From NCBI GenBank assembly GCA_965225945.1, contig CBDDBZ010000019.1:13594-77593 (forward strand): 64,000 nt of DNA. Reading direction: 5' to 3'. Numbering within the stretch: position 1 is the first letter of the stretch; each line of letters begins with the position of its first letter. The notes under the pieces were generated by a model that ran no database searches, was not told the origin of the DNA, and worked only from the letters and a program-made list of their open reading frames with translations. Of this stretch, positions 21,644 through 31,784 are shown piece by piece. This DNA comes from Alphaproteobacteria bacterium (GTDB lineage: Bacteria; Pseudomonadota; Alphaproteobacteria; GCA-2731375). A program made the position numbers and the translations under genes.

Positions 21644-21952
21644 CTATCGGGCGATCCGTTCAAGCGAGAACACGGCTTGTCGGATTCGTTCGCGTTCCCG
21701 CGAAGCGCCCCGGTCGCGGATATCCTGGCCGGCGTCGAATACCAAGGTCAAATGCGTGCCGTCGCTCACGACCGCGACGCTCTTCGGTTCGATTTGGTCG
21801 GATGTGCCCGGTTCCGTCGGCACGATGTCGACCGCATGCTTGGCAACCTCCGCCCGCGCCAGCAGACTAAGCGCCAGGACGACGAGGCCGCCGAGCAGAG
21901 CATGGCGCAGATGGGTGAACCGAGATTGGTGAGGCGTCGAATTCCGTTTCAT
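21644..21952 (-). CDS. Hypothetical protein with signal/TM segment
   Basis: ORF directly downstream of the 564-aa ORF; hydrophobic N-terminal stretch; may be a fragment. Confidence 0.4.
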   Translation of the reverse strand: MKRNSTPHQSRFTHLRHALLGGLVVLALSLLARAEVAKHAVDIVPTEPGTSDQIEPKSVAVVSDGTHLTLVFDAGQDIRDRGASRERERIRQAVFSLERIAR

Positions 21953-21955
21953 GGA

Positions 21956-23758
21956 TTATCGGACCCCCATGGCTTCCAGCAACGGATCGAGCGAACGCTC
22001 GTTGATCATGATCTTGCCGTCCGGCTGGGCCGCGATCCGGTAGCGGTAGCTCCCCTGGTCCCCCGTGGGTTCGCCAAGTGCCGTCAGCAGCGCGGTCACG
22101 GCCATGAAACCCGGAGGCGCGCCCATTTGCTCGGCGACGTTGATCACCTCATCCAGGTTGCGCACGACGACAGTGGCGTCGCCGGCGACCAGTAGCGGCG
22201 CGGCGGGGTCGATCCGCGCCTCGCCATCGGCGGTGACACCGGCCACCGGTCCTTCGATGGCAAACCCCCGCAAGGCCAGCGCCGATTTGTTCCGCATCAG
22301 GGGATAGACCGCCCGCAGCCCACCGATTGCCGCGGCGATGTCTTCATCGCGGGGGCTCTTGGTCAGGTAGTCGATCAGCACGCCCCACAGCTCGGTGAAG
22401 GGCGCGCGTTCCAGGGAAAGGGTGAAACCGGCGCGTTCGGGTAACAATTGCTGAACCGGTGGCGGTAGCTGGCCCTCCGGTACGTGAATGCCGGAAACAC
22501 CGAATGTGAAGGCCAGCCGCGCCTGATTTTTGTCGACGTCGGCCACGGTCATGGCGAATTCGATTCCGCCGATGCCACCACCAGCCGCCGGCCCAGCCAC
22601 CATGAGATCACTCGCGGCCTTCATCCCTTCGGCCTTGAGGGTCACCGTGGCAGTGTCGAACGGACGGGCCAACGGTTTCAAGCGGGCGCCGAACAATGCC
22701 TGGACTTCCGCCAACTCCATATTCTCGATGCCCATGAGTTGCGCCATGAAGTCCTTGTCCTGAGCCAGCTTGCGCAATGCCGCGAAGGTCGCGATGTCCA
22801 TGGCACCGACGGCGGAGGTCACGCTAAAGCGGGCCAGGTTGAACACGCCCCCGACATTCACCCCGGTGAACTCTGCCTGGCTGTCGATATCGATATGGTC
22901 GGGGTCGGTGTCCTTGCTCCGCGTTTTGAGGCCCACGCGATCGACCTCGAACATGGGCGCGCCGTCGGCCATGCCCTTGACCCGGATGAATTCCCCGTCT
23001 AGGGCGGTGAAAATCTGTAACCTGCGGTCCCACGTTCCGGCAAATTTCCGGCTGCCGATCACAACCTCGATGCTCGGTTGCCCGTTTTCGGTGAGCAGAG
23101 TGATCTTTTCGGGGATCCTCGAGCGCACGGTCAATCTGTGTGCGCTCAGCAGCGAAAACTCGCTCGCCACCGTCCCTATCACCAACCGGTCGCCGCCAAG
23201 GATCAACGACATATCCGGAATGGTCAGACGAAAGCCGTCACCGGCGGCCTCCAGGGGCAGGTGATGGGGATTGGCGAAGCGGATCGGCAATTCGCCGATA
23301 CGCAATTGATCAATCTGACGCATCTGGATGAGCAATTCGTCACGGATGGCGGCTGCGTCCGGGTGGGCCACGGCGAAGGCGCGATCCGCCGCGATGCGTT
23401 GGTGCAGGGCCGCGAGGGAAGCCTCGACCTGGACATCGGCATTGGCGACCTCGCTATCCGGGCAACGCGCCAACACTTGATCGCGAAGCTCTTCGTTCTC
23501 GCGGGTGCCATCGCGGCGGTTCACCAAGACCCGTGATACATCGACGCGGATCAATCGCCCGTCACCGTCGATACGGAGATTTTGCTTCACTTCGAGATAA
23601 CCCTGGTCATCGACCATCTCGACCTTTGACGTCATGACGTTACCGTCCAACGAATACCGGCCGGCAAAATACTTGGGAGACGCCGCCCAGGTTCCATCCT
23701 GGCGGCGTCGCGCGCGCCCGATCGCGCCATCGGCGCGGTATTCGTAAAACGGAATTTC
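21956..23758 (-). pseudogene. Large hypothetical (possibly envelope) protein, probably 5'-truncated
   Basis: ORF 21956..23650; the frame stays open upstream (EIPFYEYRADG…GRYSLDGN) to a TAG at 23759-23761 with no ATG or RBS. Confidence 0.55.
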
Positions 23759-23777
23759 CTAGTTTAAGGTCGGCCTT

Positions 23778-23996
23778 TCATCGATTCTCGTAGGCGTCCT
23801 TTATGCGGCGGGCCTTATCTTTGACCGCATCTTCGACACCTTCCCGCATGTCCCCTAACCATTCCTTGGTATCCCCTACGGGATTGCCAACAAGGAAAGC
23901 TATGAGATCCACTCCGATCCAGAATTCAACGATCAGCAACGCGACGACAAGCAGAACAATTATCCAGAAAAGGCACCCCAAGAAATTATCAGCCAC
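23778..23996 (-). CDS. Small membrane protein
   Basis: GTG start overlapping the upstream stop; TM segment CLFWIIVLLVVALLIVEFWIG followed by a charged tail. Confidence 0.55.
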   Translation of the reverse strand: MADNFLGCLFWIIVLLVVALLIVEFWIGVDLIAFLVGNPVGDTKEWLGDMREGVEDAVKDKARRIKDAYENR

Positions 23997-24168
23997 GTCG
24001 GCGTCTCCGTAAATCGATCCAGCAGCACCAGACGAAGCTGCCGACAATCATGGCTCCTATCACACGCCCTGGATCGTCCATTCCAAGAACCAGAGCACCG
24101 CCAACTCCCATGAAGCTGCCGACGACAGCATGGCAACCCCATACAAAGAGCTTCTTAACGGTGCTCAT
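23989..24168 (-). CDS. Small two-TM protein (59 aa, below the ORF-track cutoff)
   Basis: Hand translation MSTVKKLFVWGCHAVVGSFMGVGGALVLGMDDPGRVIGAMIVGSFVWCCWIDLRRRRRG*; AGGAAAG upstream. Confidence 0.5.
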   Translation of the reverse strand: MSTVKKLFVWGCHAVVGSFMGVGGALVLGMDDPGRVIGAMIVGSFVWCCWIDLRRRRRG

Positions 24169-24195
24169 GGCCGCTTTCCTGTCCGACAGAGTCGC

Positions 24196-24769
24196 TCACT
24201 CATCGTCTCCCAGCGCTAGGGGAATCTGTTCACGCATCTTCGGGTACGCGCGTTGCAGGCTACGGTAGAAGGAAGTCCAGTTCGGCGCCGCGCGCATCAG
24301 CGCCATGACGCCTGCCAAGTGCTCCTTGAGCCTTAGGTCGCCAAAGTCGGGAGTGAACCATTGATGGTGCCGACTCTTTCGGTATCCGGCTGGCAGCTTC
24401 GGGTTTTTGCGTCGCAGTTCAGCAAGCACGCCAGGGGCGAGCCGAGCATAAACGAAGTCGTTGGTGTAGTGGCCGATAACGGATGGACGCTTCACGCCGT
24501 CCGGTCCAGGCCATCCCTTGAGCCTGAATATCTGATCGTAGAACTCGTAGGGGAATGTCCTGGTCCAGGGTTGGAGTTCCTTTGCGATGAAGTTTTCAAG
24601 GATCGTCGCGAGTGCGCGGAGTGCTCGGATTTTCTGATACCCGGTCGCTTCATCGACCAAGCCGATGATTCCGACCCGCCGTAGGCCACGATTGAGGGCA
24701 TGTGCCCTCTGAACGATATTGGCGTTCCGTACTGGCAGCGCCCCTGCTTGTTGGGCATCGATGATAACG
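24196..24769 (-). pseudogene. P63C-domain protein, N-terminus cut by IS256
   Basis: VGIIGLVDEATGYQ, ELQPWTRTFPYEFY, RPSVIGHYTNDFVYARL, HHQWFT. Confidence 0.8.
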
Positions 24770-25051
24770 GCTTGTGTAGCGTGAGGTCTGGAAATTTGGC
24801 TTCGCCCCGCGCCGGGGTATACCCCGGCGCGGGGCGATCCGTCATTTTGGTTATCCATGAAAGCGTCCAAACAAACATGGAGAACCAGTATGCGGAAAGA
24901 CCAGGATAGCGCTGTCGAGGCTTTGGTGGAACAATTGATCGAAGGCGGTAGCGAGAACATGGCGCCGGTCTTCGCCGGCCTTTTCAATCTCGCCATGCGG
25001 ATCGAGCGGGAGAGGTTCTTGGGCGCCGGCCACTATGAGCGCACGCCCGAG
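24770..25051 (+). mobile_element. IS256-family element type A, 5' remnant
   Basis: Matches the reverse complement of the IS256 left end at 39407; cut by IS3-like copy 2. Confidence 0.9.
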
Positions 25052-25086
25052 TGTATCGCACCCGGTTCCTTGGACACAAGTTTGTC

Positions 25087-25998
25087 TCATGCGGCGGGCC
25101 TGAGTGACATCGCGGTGTGCCACGCCTGACGAGCTTGAGCGGGGCTCAGGTAGCCGTTCTTCTCCACGATCCACTGGGCATTGTACTGTTCGACGAACCC
25201 GCGGACGGCGTTCCGCAGCTCCGCGATGTTGCGGTAGATGCGGCCATGGATGATCTGTTCCTTGAGCGTGCGATTGAACCTCTCGGCGACGCCGTTGGTC
25301 TGGGGCTGTTCGACGAAGGCGTAGGACGGCTGGATGCCCCAGAACTTGATCTGGTTGGTGAAGTGGTCCGACAGATACTGGGAGCCGTGATCCATCCGCA
25401 AGGCCAGCCCCCGCGCCGCACCGGCGGAGGTCGAGGCATACAGCCTCGCAAGCCCCATGGAGATCGGCTGAAGGGCGGCGAAGCGGTCGCCTCGCTTGCA
25501 CACATGCCAGCCGACGCACTCGGCGTTCCAATGCTCGATGGCGGTGAATATCCAGCCCCAGCCGTCGTCCACCGTGAACACCCGAACGCCGTCCGTGCCC
25601 CACATGAGGTTGGGGGCATGGGTGATGATCTCACCGACATGGGGATTTCCGCCACGGCGGCGGCAGCGATGGGGCGAGAGCAGGTTGTTCTCGCGCATCA
25701 CCCGGAGCACCCGCTTGCGGGAAACACGGATGCCACGACAGACCCGAAGCCGAGCCCAGACCTTGCGGTGTCCCTCGCCCTCCCAGGGGGATGCCTCCAG
25801 GTCGGCCTCGATGGCCACCAGCAGAGCCTCGTCCGAGATCGAGGGCTTCGGTCCCCGGCGCTTTGCTGGTGGGCGCTCAGCGGTGGCCTGCTGCCGGGAT
25901 TTCATGGCGTAGAACGAGGAACGGGCAAAACCCCAGGCCGCACAGACCCGCTGGAGGCCGTAGGCCAAACCCGTGCCGGGAGAGGTGGCGGCACTCAT
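25087..25998 (-). CDS. IS OrfB transposase
   Basis: Same protein as 5458..6369. Confidence 0.92.
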   Translation of the reverse strand: MSAATSPGTGLAYGLQRVCAAWGFARSSFYAMKSRQQATAERPPAKRRGPKPSISDEALLVAIEADLEASPWEGEGHRKVWARLRVCRGIRVSRKRVLRVMRENNLLSPHRCRRRGGNPHVGEIITHAPNLMWGTDGVRVFTVDDGWGWIFTAIEHWNAECVGWHVCKRGDRFAALQPISMGLARLYASTSAGAARGLALRMDHGSQYLSDHFTNQIKFWGIQPSYAFVEQPQTNGVAERFNRTLKEQIIHGRIYRNIAELRNAVRGFVEQYNAQWIVEKNGYLSPAQARQAWHTAMSLRPAA

Positions 25999-26426
25999 CG
26001 CCGCGACCTCCGCCGCCCCAAAGGGCCGGACGTCTCCGTCTTGGCCTCCAGCAGTTCCACCTGCATGATCAACTCCCCGATCCGCTTCATGGCGATGTCC
26101 AGTTCCGCCTTTACCGGATCGCCCTTGCGTTCCTTGAGCGAGGCATCGATCCCGGCGATCGCCTTCTCACGCCACTGCTCGAGCCGGAAAATCTCCACGC
26201 CCAACTGCCGCGACAAAAGTTCCACCGGCTCGCCACGCAAAAGCCGCAGGGCAACCTCACGCTTGCGCGTCACCGTCCACCGCTGGCCAAGTCCCAGCGG
26301 GCCTGCCGGCGAAACCTGGCCCGGGGAAAACGTGGACGAGCCAAGCTCGCCCTCGTTTACCACAGGCCCATCAACAGCAACTTTGTTCTCAAAATTGTCG
26401 GTCATGTTCCGGTCCTCCTTGGACAC
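25995..26426 (-). CDS. IS OrfA
   Basis: Same protein as 5030..5461. Confidence 0.85.
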   Translation of the reverse strand: MSKEDRNMTDNFENKVAVDGPVVNEGELGSSTFSPGQVSPAGPLGLGQRWTVTRKREVALRLLRGEPVELLSRQLGVEIFRLEQWREKAIAGIDASLKERKGDPVKAELDIAMKRIGELIMQVELLEAKTETSGPLGRRRSRR

Positions 26427-26567
26427 TTCGATTAAACCAATTCTGTGTCCAAGGAAATCGGGTCCGACTCACGGCTTGTCGCGGGAAAGGATTTTGCGCC
26501 CCGCCGTCGACTGTGGCATGGTCCGCCGAGAATCGTCGATAGATATTGTCGGACAAAGAGTTAGCCG

Positions 26568-27944
26568 ATGAATGATTGGCGCGCCATCGTTTTGGCGGCC
26601 GGCCGGGGGACGCGCATGAAGTCGGCGCACGCGAAGCCGCTGCATGAGCTCGCGGGCGTGTCGATACTGCATCACCTGCTCTCCACCTTGAAGGCGGCGG
26701 GTCCCTCCGGGACCATCCTCGTGGCCTCGCCGGAGAATCACGAGGTCCTGGCACGGGCGGCGCCGGCGGCGACGGTCGTCGTGCAGGAACGCCCGCGCGG
26801 CACCGCTGATGCGGTGATGGCGGCGCGCGACCGGCTCGAGGGCTTTGCCGGCGACGTTTTGGTGCTCTTTGCCGACACGCCGCTGGTCGAGCCCGAAACC
26901 ATCGAGCGGATGCGTCGGGCCCGTCATGGGGCGAGCGATCCCGCCGTCGTCGTGCTCGGCTTCGAGCCGGCGGACCCGGCAGAATACGGCCGTCTCATCC
27001 TCGATCCCGACGGCGCGCTCGAGGGCATCGTCGAATATGGCGAGGCCGACGCGGGCGAGCGCGAGGTCGGCCTTTGCAACTCCGGCTTGATGCTGATCGA
27101 CGGCCGAATCCTGCCGGATCTACTCGACGCCATCGACGACGACAACGCCAAGGGCGAATTTTATCTCACCGACGTGGTCGGCGCGGCGCGGGCGCGGCGG
27201 CGGACGGTGGCCGTCGTCGTCGCCGACGAGGACGAGGTGATGGGGATCAACTCGCGGGCGGACCTGGCGGCGGCGGAGGCGATCGTGCAACGCCGCCTCC
27301 GTGCCCGGGCGATGGCGGCGGGCGCGACACTGGAGGATCCCGACTCCGTCCACCTCTGCCACGACACGCGCCTCGGCCGCGACGTGGTGATCGAGCCCAA
27401 CGTCTATTTCGGTCCCGGCGTCGAGGTCGGCGACGACGTGCGCATCCGCGCCTTCAGTCATCTGGAGGGCTGTCGCATCGAGAACGGCGCCTCGATCGGC
27501 CCCTTCGCCCGATTGCGGCCGGAGACGGAGATCGGGGAGGGCGCCCGCATCGGCAATTTCGTCGAGGTGAAGAAGGCGCAGATCGAGGCCGGCGCCAAGG
27601 TCAACCACCTCAGCTATATCGGCGATGCCCGTGTCGGGGCCGGGGCCAATGTGGGGGCGGGCACGATCACCTGCAATTTCGACGGTTATGGTAAGAACTT
27701 CACCGATATCGGCGAGGGCGCCTTCATCGGCTCCAATACGGCGTTGGTGGCCCCGGTTCGCGTCGGCGCCGGCGCCATCATCGGGGCCGGCAGCGTGGTC
27801 GCCAAGGATGTCGCCGAGAACGACTTGGTGTTGACCCGGGCCAAGGGAACCACGATACCCGACTACGCCACTCGCCGGCGCGGGAGAAAGGCCGAGGAGG
27901 CGCGCGGCAAAACGGGCAAGCGCGCGCTCGGCGACAAGTCCTGA
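26568..27944 (+). CDS. glmU: Bifunctional UDP-GlcNAc pyrophosphorylase / GlcN-1-P acetyltransferase
   Basis: LAAGRGTRMKS, GEFYLTD, GNFVEVKK, NHLSYIGDA, hexapeptide repeats. Confidence 0.97.
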   Translation: MNDWRAIVLAAGRGTRMKSAHAKPLHELAGVSILHHLLSTLKAAGPSGTILVASPENHEVLARAAPAATVVVQERPRGTADAVMAARDRLEGFAGDVLVLFADTPLVEPETIERMRRARHGASDPAVVVLGFEPADPAEYGRLILDPDGALEGIVEYGEADAGEREVGLCNSGLMLIDGRILPDLLDAIDDDNAKGEFYLTDVVGAARARRRTVAVVVADEDEVMGINSRADLAAAEAIVQRRLRARAMAAGATLEDPDSVHLCHDTRLGRDVVIEPNVYFGPGVEVGDDVRIRAFSHLEGCRIENGASIGPFARLRPETEIGEGARIGNFVEVKKAQIEAGAKVNHLSYIGDARVGAGANVGAGTITCNFDGYGKNFTDIGEGAFIGSNTALVAPVRVGAGAIIGAGSVVAKDVAENDLVLTRAKGTTIPDYATRRRGRKAEEARGKTGKRALGDKS

Positions 27945-27963
27945 AAGCAACGGAAACGATGCA

Positions 27964-29787
27964 ATGTGCGGCATTATCGGAATACTCGGTTCGGGCGACG
28001 TATCGGCGTCTATCCTCGAGGGACTTCGACGTTTGGAGTATCGTGGTTATGATTCCGCGGGCATCGCCACGCTCGTCAACGGTCGCATCGAACGGCGGCG
28101 GGCCAAAGGCAAGCTCGATTGCCTGGCGGATCGGCTGGCCGAAGCGCCGCTGGCGGGCGACGTCGGCATCGGCCATACACGCTGGGCCACCCATGGCGCG
28201 CCGAACGAGATCAACGCCCACCCCCATGCCACCGATCGCGTCGCCATCGTCCACAACGGCATCATCGAGAACTTCCGCGAGATTCGCGAGGCGCTGATCG
28301 CCCGGGGCAGCAACTTCGCTTCCGAGACCGACACCGAGGTCGTGGCGCACTTGATCTCGGCGAACCTGGACGATGGGCTGGACCCGGTGGCGGCCGCCGG
28401 CGAGGCTTTTTCGCGGCTGGAGGGGGCGTTCGCCCTCGCCGTCATCTTCAACGGCCACCACGACCTGATGATCGGTGCGCGGCGCGGCAGCCCGCTGGTG
28501 GTGGGCCACGGCGAGGGCGAGATGTATCTCGGCTCCGACGCGCTGTCGCTGGCCCCGCTCACCCGCCGGGTCAGCTATCTGGAGGACGGCGACTGGGTCG
28601 TGCTGCGCCGCGACGGCGCGCGGTTCCACGATAGCGCCGGTGGCGAGGTGGGGCGCGATACGAAGGTCATGAACGAGGCGTCCGGTCTTTCCGGCAAGGG
28701 CAATCATCGCCATTACATGCTGAAGGAGATCCATGAGCAGCCGACGGTGATCGGCGATACGCTGCAATCCTTCGTCAACACCGCCGAGCGACGGATTTCG
28801 CTCCCCGATCTCTCAATCGTGCTCGACGAGGTCGAACGGGTGAACCTGGTGGCTTGCGGTACCTCCTATTACGCCTGCCTGGTGGCGCGATATTGGTTCG
28901 AGGGCCTGGCGAGAATTCCCGTCGACGTCGACATCGCGTCGGAATTCCGCTATCGCGAGCCGCCGCTGGCGGCCGGCGGCGTGTCGCTCTTCGTCTCGCA
29001 GTCCGGCGAGACGATGGACACGCTGGAGGCGCTGCGCCTGGTCCGGCGATCCGGCCAGCCGATCCTGAGCATCGTCAACGTGCCGCACAGCTCCATGGCG
29101 CGCGAGAGCGACGCCGTGCTGGTGACCCACGCCGGACCGGAGATCGGCGTCGCCTCGACCAAGGCCTTCACCACGCAGTTGACGACGCTGCTGTGTCTCG
29201 CCCTCGCCATGGGCCGGGCGCGCGGCGCGCTCACGGCGGAGCGCGAGGCGGAGTTGGTCCACGCGGTGAGCGAAGTGCCGGCGCGGGTCGCCGAGTTCCT
29301 GGCCGACGACGCGGCGTTGCGGGCCTTGGCGCAAGAGCTGAGCCGGGCCCGCGACGTGCTCTATCTCGGGCGCGGCACCAACTACCCGATCGCCATGGAA
29401 GGCGCGCTCAAGCTCAAGGAAATCTCCTATATCCACGCCGAGGGCTATGCCGCCGGCGAGATGAAGCACGGACCGATCGCGCTGATCGACGAGGACGTGC
29501 CGGTGGTCATCGTGGCGCCGCCGGACGCCTTGCTCGAGAAGACGATCGGCAACGTCCAGGAGGTGGCGGCCCGGGGTGGCCGGGTCGTGTTGTTGAGTGA
29601 CGCCGCGGGAATCGCCGAGGTCGGAGAGGCGGCCTGGGCGACGATCGAGTTGCCGGCCGTCGATCCCGTCGTGGCGCCAATTCTCTATGCCGTGCCGGTG
29701 CAACTGCTCGCCTACCACGTCGCCGTGGTCAAAGGCACGGACGTGGATCAGCCGCGCAATTTGGCCAAATCCGTGACGGTGGAATAG
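27964..29787 (+). CDS. glmS: Glutamine-fructose-6-phosphate aminotransferase
   Basis: MCGIIG, HTRWATHG, C-terminal PRNLAKSVTVE. Confidence 0.98.
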   Translation: MCGIIGILGSGDVSASILEGLRRLEYRGYDSAGIATLVNGRIERRRAKGKLDCLADRLAEAPLAGDVGIGHTRWATHGAPNEINAHPHATDRVAIVHNGIIENFREIREALIARGSNFASETDTEVVAHLISANLDDGLDPVAAAGEAFSRLEGAFALAVIFNGHHDLMIGARRGSPLVVGHGEGEMYLGSDALSLAPLTRRVSYLEDGDWVVLRRDGARFHDSAGGEVGRDTKVMNEASGLSGKGNHRHYMLKEIHEQPTVIGDTLQSFVNTAERRISLPDLSIVLDEVERVNLVACGTSYYACLVARYWFEGLARIPVDVDIASEFRYREPPLAAGGVSLFVSQSGETMDTLEALRLVRRSGQPILSIVNVPHSSMARESDAVLVTHAGPEIGVASTKAFTTQLTTLLCLALAMGRARGALTAEREAELVHAVSEVPARVAEFLADDAALRALAQELSRARDVLYLGRGTNYPIAMEGALKLKEISYIHAEGYAAGEMKHGPIALIDEDVPVVIVAPPDALLEKTIGNVQEVAARGGRVVLLSDAAGIAEVGEAAWATIELPAVDPVVAPILYAVPVQLLAYHVAVVKGTDVDQPRNLAKSVTVE

Positions 29788-29800
29788 GGCTCGAGCGATC

Positions 29801-31018
29801 ATGAGGACGGCGTCGACCTGGCCGACGCCCGTCGTGGCGTTGATCGCCGGTGGCCTGGTCCTCTTGCTCTCGATCGGCTCGCGCCAGTCTTTCGGCCTCT
29901 TCTTGGTGCCGATGAGCCTCGACCTCGGTTGGGGACGCGAGACTTTCGCGCTGGCGATTGCGATCCAGAACCTCGTCTGGGGTCTCTCGCAGCCGGTTCT
30001 CGGCTATTTCTCCGACCGCATCGGCGCGAGCAGGATCATCATCGCTGGTACGTTGTTCTACGTCGCCGGTGTTTATCTGATGGCTCTGACCGGGGGCGAA
30101 GGGGCGTTCTATTTCAGCGCCGGAGTCTTGGTGGGGCTCGGACTCTCGGGCACCAGCTTCGCCGTCGTGCTGGGTGCGGTCGCTCGAGTCGTCCCGGCGG
30201 AGAAGCGAAGCATGGCACTCGGCCTTGTAAGCGCCTGCGGATCCGTCGGGCAATTCGTCATGGTGCCGATCGGCCATGAGCTTATCGGCGCCCACGGCTG
30301 GGCCGGCGGGCTCACGGTCCTGGCCGGGATCGTCGCCATGATGGGCATTTTCGCCCTCGGTTGCGCCGGCCGGCCCGCCGAGCCCGCGGCCGGGCGGGCG
30401 AGCCCCGGTCGTGCCATCGGCGTCGCGCTCGGCCACGGAGGCTACTTGCTGCTGACGATCGGTTTCTCGGTCTGCGGCTTTCAAATCACCTTCATCATCA
30501 CCCATCTCCCGGCCTACCTGGGCGATCAGGGGCTGACGGCGACGGAGGCGGTGCGGGCAGTGGCGCTGATCGGCCTCTGCAATATATTCGGCACGCTCGC
30601 CTGCGGCGCGCTCGGCCAGCGTTTTGCCAAGAAATCGGTGTTGAGCGTGCTCTATGCCGCCCGGAGCGTTGTCCTCGTCGCCTTTCTCCTGATTCCGCCG
30701 AGTGCCACTTCGGCCTATCTCTTCGCGGGCTCCATGGGCTTGCTCTGGCTCGGCACGGTGCCGTTGACCGGCGCGCTCGTGGCCCAGATCTTCGGGCCCC
30801 GCTACATGGCGACGCTCTTCGGCGGCGTGTTTTTCGCACATCAGGTCGGCGCCTTTCTCGGCGTCTGGCTCGGCGGCCGACTCTACGACGCGACCGGCGG
30901 CTACGAGGTCGTCTGGTGGACCTGCATCGCCCTCGGCGCGATCTCCGCCCTGCTTCACCTCCCCATCGACGAACGTCCCGTGTCTCTCGCGAAACCCGCC
31001 AGAGCCACGACGTGGTAG
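29801..31018 (+). CDS. MFS transporter
   Basis: About 12 hydrophobic segments; GYFSDRIGASR motif A. Confidence 0.88.
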   Translation: MRTASTWPTPVVALIAGGLVLLLSIGSRQSFGLFLVPMSLDLGWGRETFALAIAIQNLVWGLSQPVLGYFSDRIGASRIIIAGTLFYVAGVYLMALTGGEGAFYFSAGVLVGLGLSGTSFAVVLGAVARVVPAEKRSMALGLVSACGSVGQFVMVPIGHELIGAHGWAGGLTVLAGIVAMMGIFALGCAGRPAEPAAGRASPGRAIGVALGHGGYLLLTIGFSVCGFQITFIITHLPAYLGDQGLTATEAVRAVALIGLCNIFGTLACGALGQRFAKKSVLSVLYAARSVVLVAFLLIPPSATSAYLFAGSMGLLWLGTVPLTGALVAQIFGPRYMATLFGGVFFAHQVGAFLGVWLGGRLYDATGGYEVVWWTCIALGAISALLHLPIDERPVSLAKPARATTW

Positions 31019-31331
31019 GGCCGCTCATTCCAAGGTTTCGGCGCCGCCACCTCGTCAACATTCGCCACCCACTTGGTCCATTGGCCCAGGTTGCCGGTCG
31101 ATGCACAGATGGCGAGCAATGGCTCGTCAAGGGACCTCATGGCGTGCGGTTGGTTCGATGCGTGGACGAAGCTCTCGCCTGGCCGCCGGGTCGGCCACGG
31201 CTCGGTGCCGCGCTTCCATTCGGCCGTGCCCGCGAGCTTCACACCAATCGCGCGGCCTCCGCGTCCCCTTCCGAGGGAGGAGGCATTTCGCCCACTCGTC
31301 GTTCGATCTCCAGTACCTCGCGCGGGATATC

Positions 31332-31784
31332 TCAACGCCGCAGGTCCGGCGCCGCCGAATTCGACGCCGCCTCGCCGTCGAAGCGGCCCTCATAGATCGG
31401 GCGGGCGCCCGTGCTGGGGCCGGGGTATTGCATGAAGACGATCGTGCAGCCGGTCTCGGTGTACATCTCGGGCTCGTAATGCGGATCTTCCATGTAGACC
31501 ATGTCGCCGGCCCCGAGCGTGCGGGTGCCGAAGCGGCACTCGCCTTCCAGCACGTACCAGAGCTGCGCGAAGTCGTGCATGTGGCGGGGAAAGCCGGCGC
31601 CGGGTCGATAGGTGATAATGCCGGCATTCGGCTCGCTCGGATGCTCGGCCGTCGGGTGGAAGACCATCCGCGTGACGTTGCCGAAGCGCCCCGTCTCGCC
31701 CGGGTGATCCGCCGGCCGGCGGACGATCGGCGCGTGATGGGTGGCGCGGGCCTCGGTCTCGCTCGGGCGCTCGGTCTCAGACAT
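31332..31784 (-). CDS. Cupin-domain protein
   Basis: FPRHMHDFAQLWYVLEGE cupin motif; paralog of its neighbour. Confidence 0.8.
   Translation of the reverse strand: MSETERPSETEARATHHAPIVRRPADHPGETGRFGNVTRMVFHPTAEHPSEPNAGIITYRPGAGFPRHMHDFAQLWYVLEGECRFGTRTLGAGDMVYMEDPHYEPEMYTETGCTIVFMQYPGPSTGARPIYEGRFDGEAASNSAAPDLRR

Larger units (their letters stand above)
25052..26471 (-). mobile_element. IS3-like element, copy 2 (inverted)
   Basis: Same 1420 bp as 4985..6404 with at least two SNPs near IRL. Confidence 0.93.

Noticed and set aside
29788-29800. Tn7 insertion at attTn7 downstream of glmS
   Set aside because: glmS is followed after 13 bp by an MFS gene; there are no Tn7 ends or tns genes.
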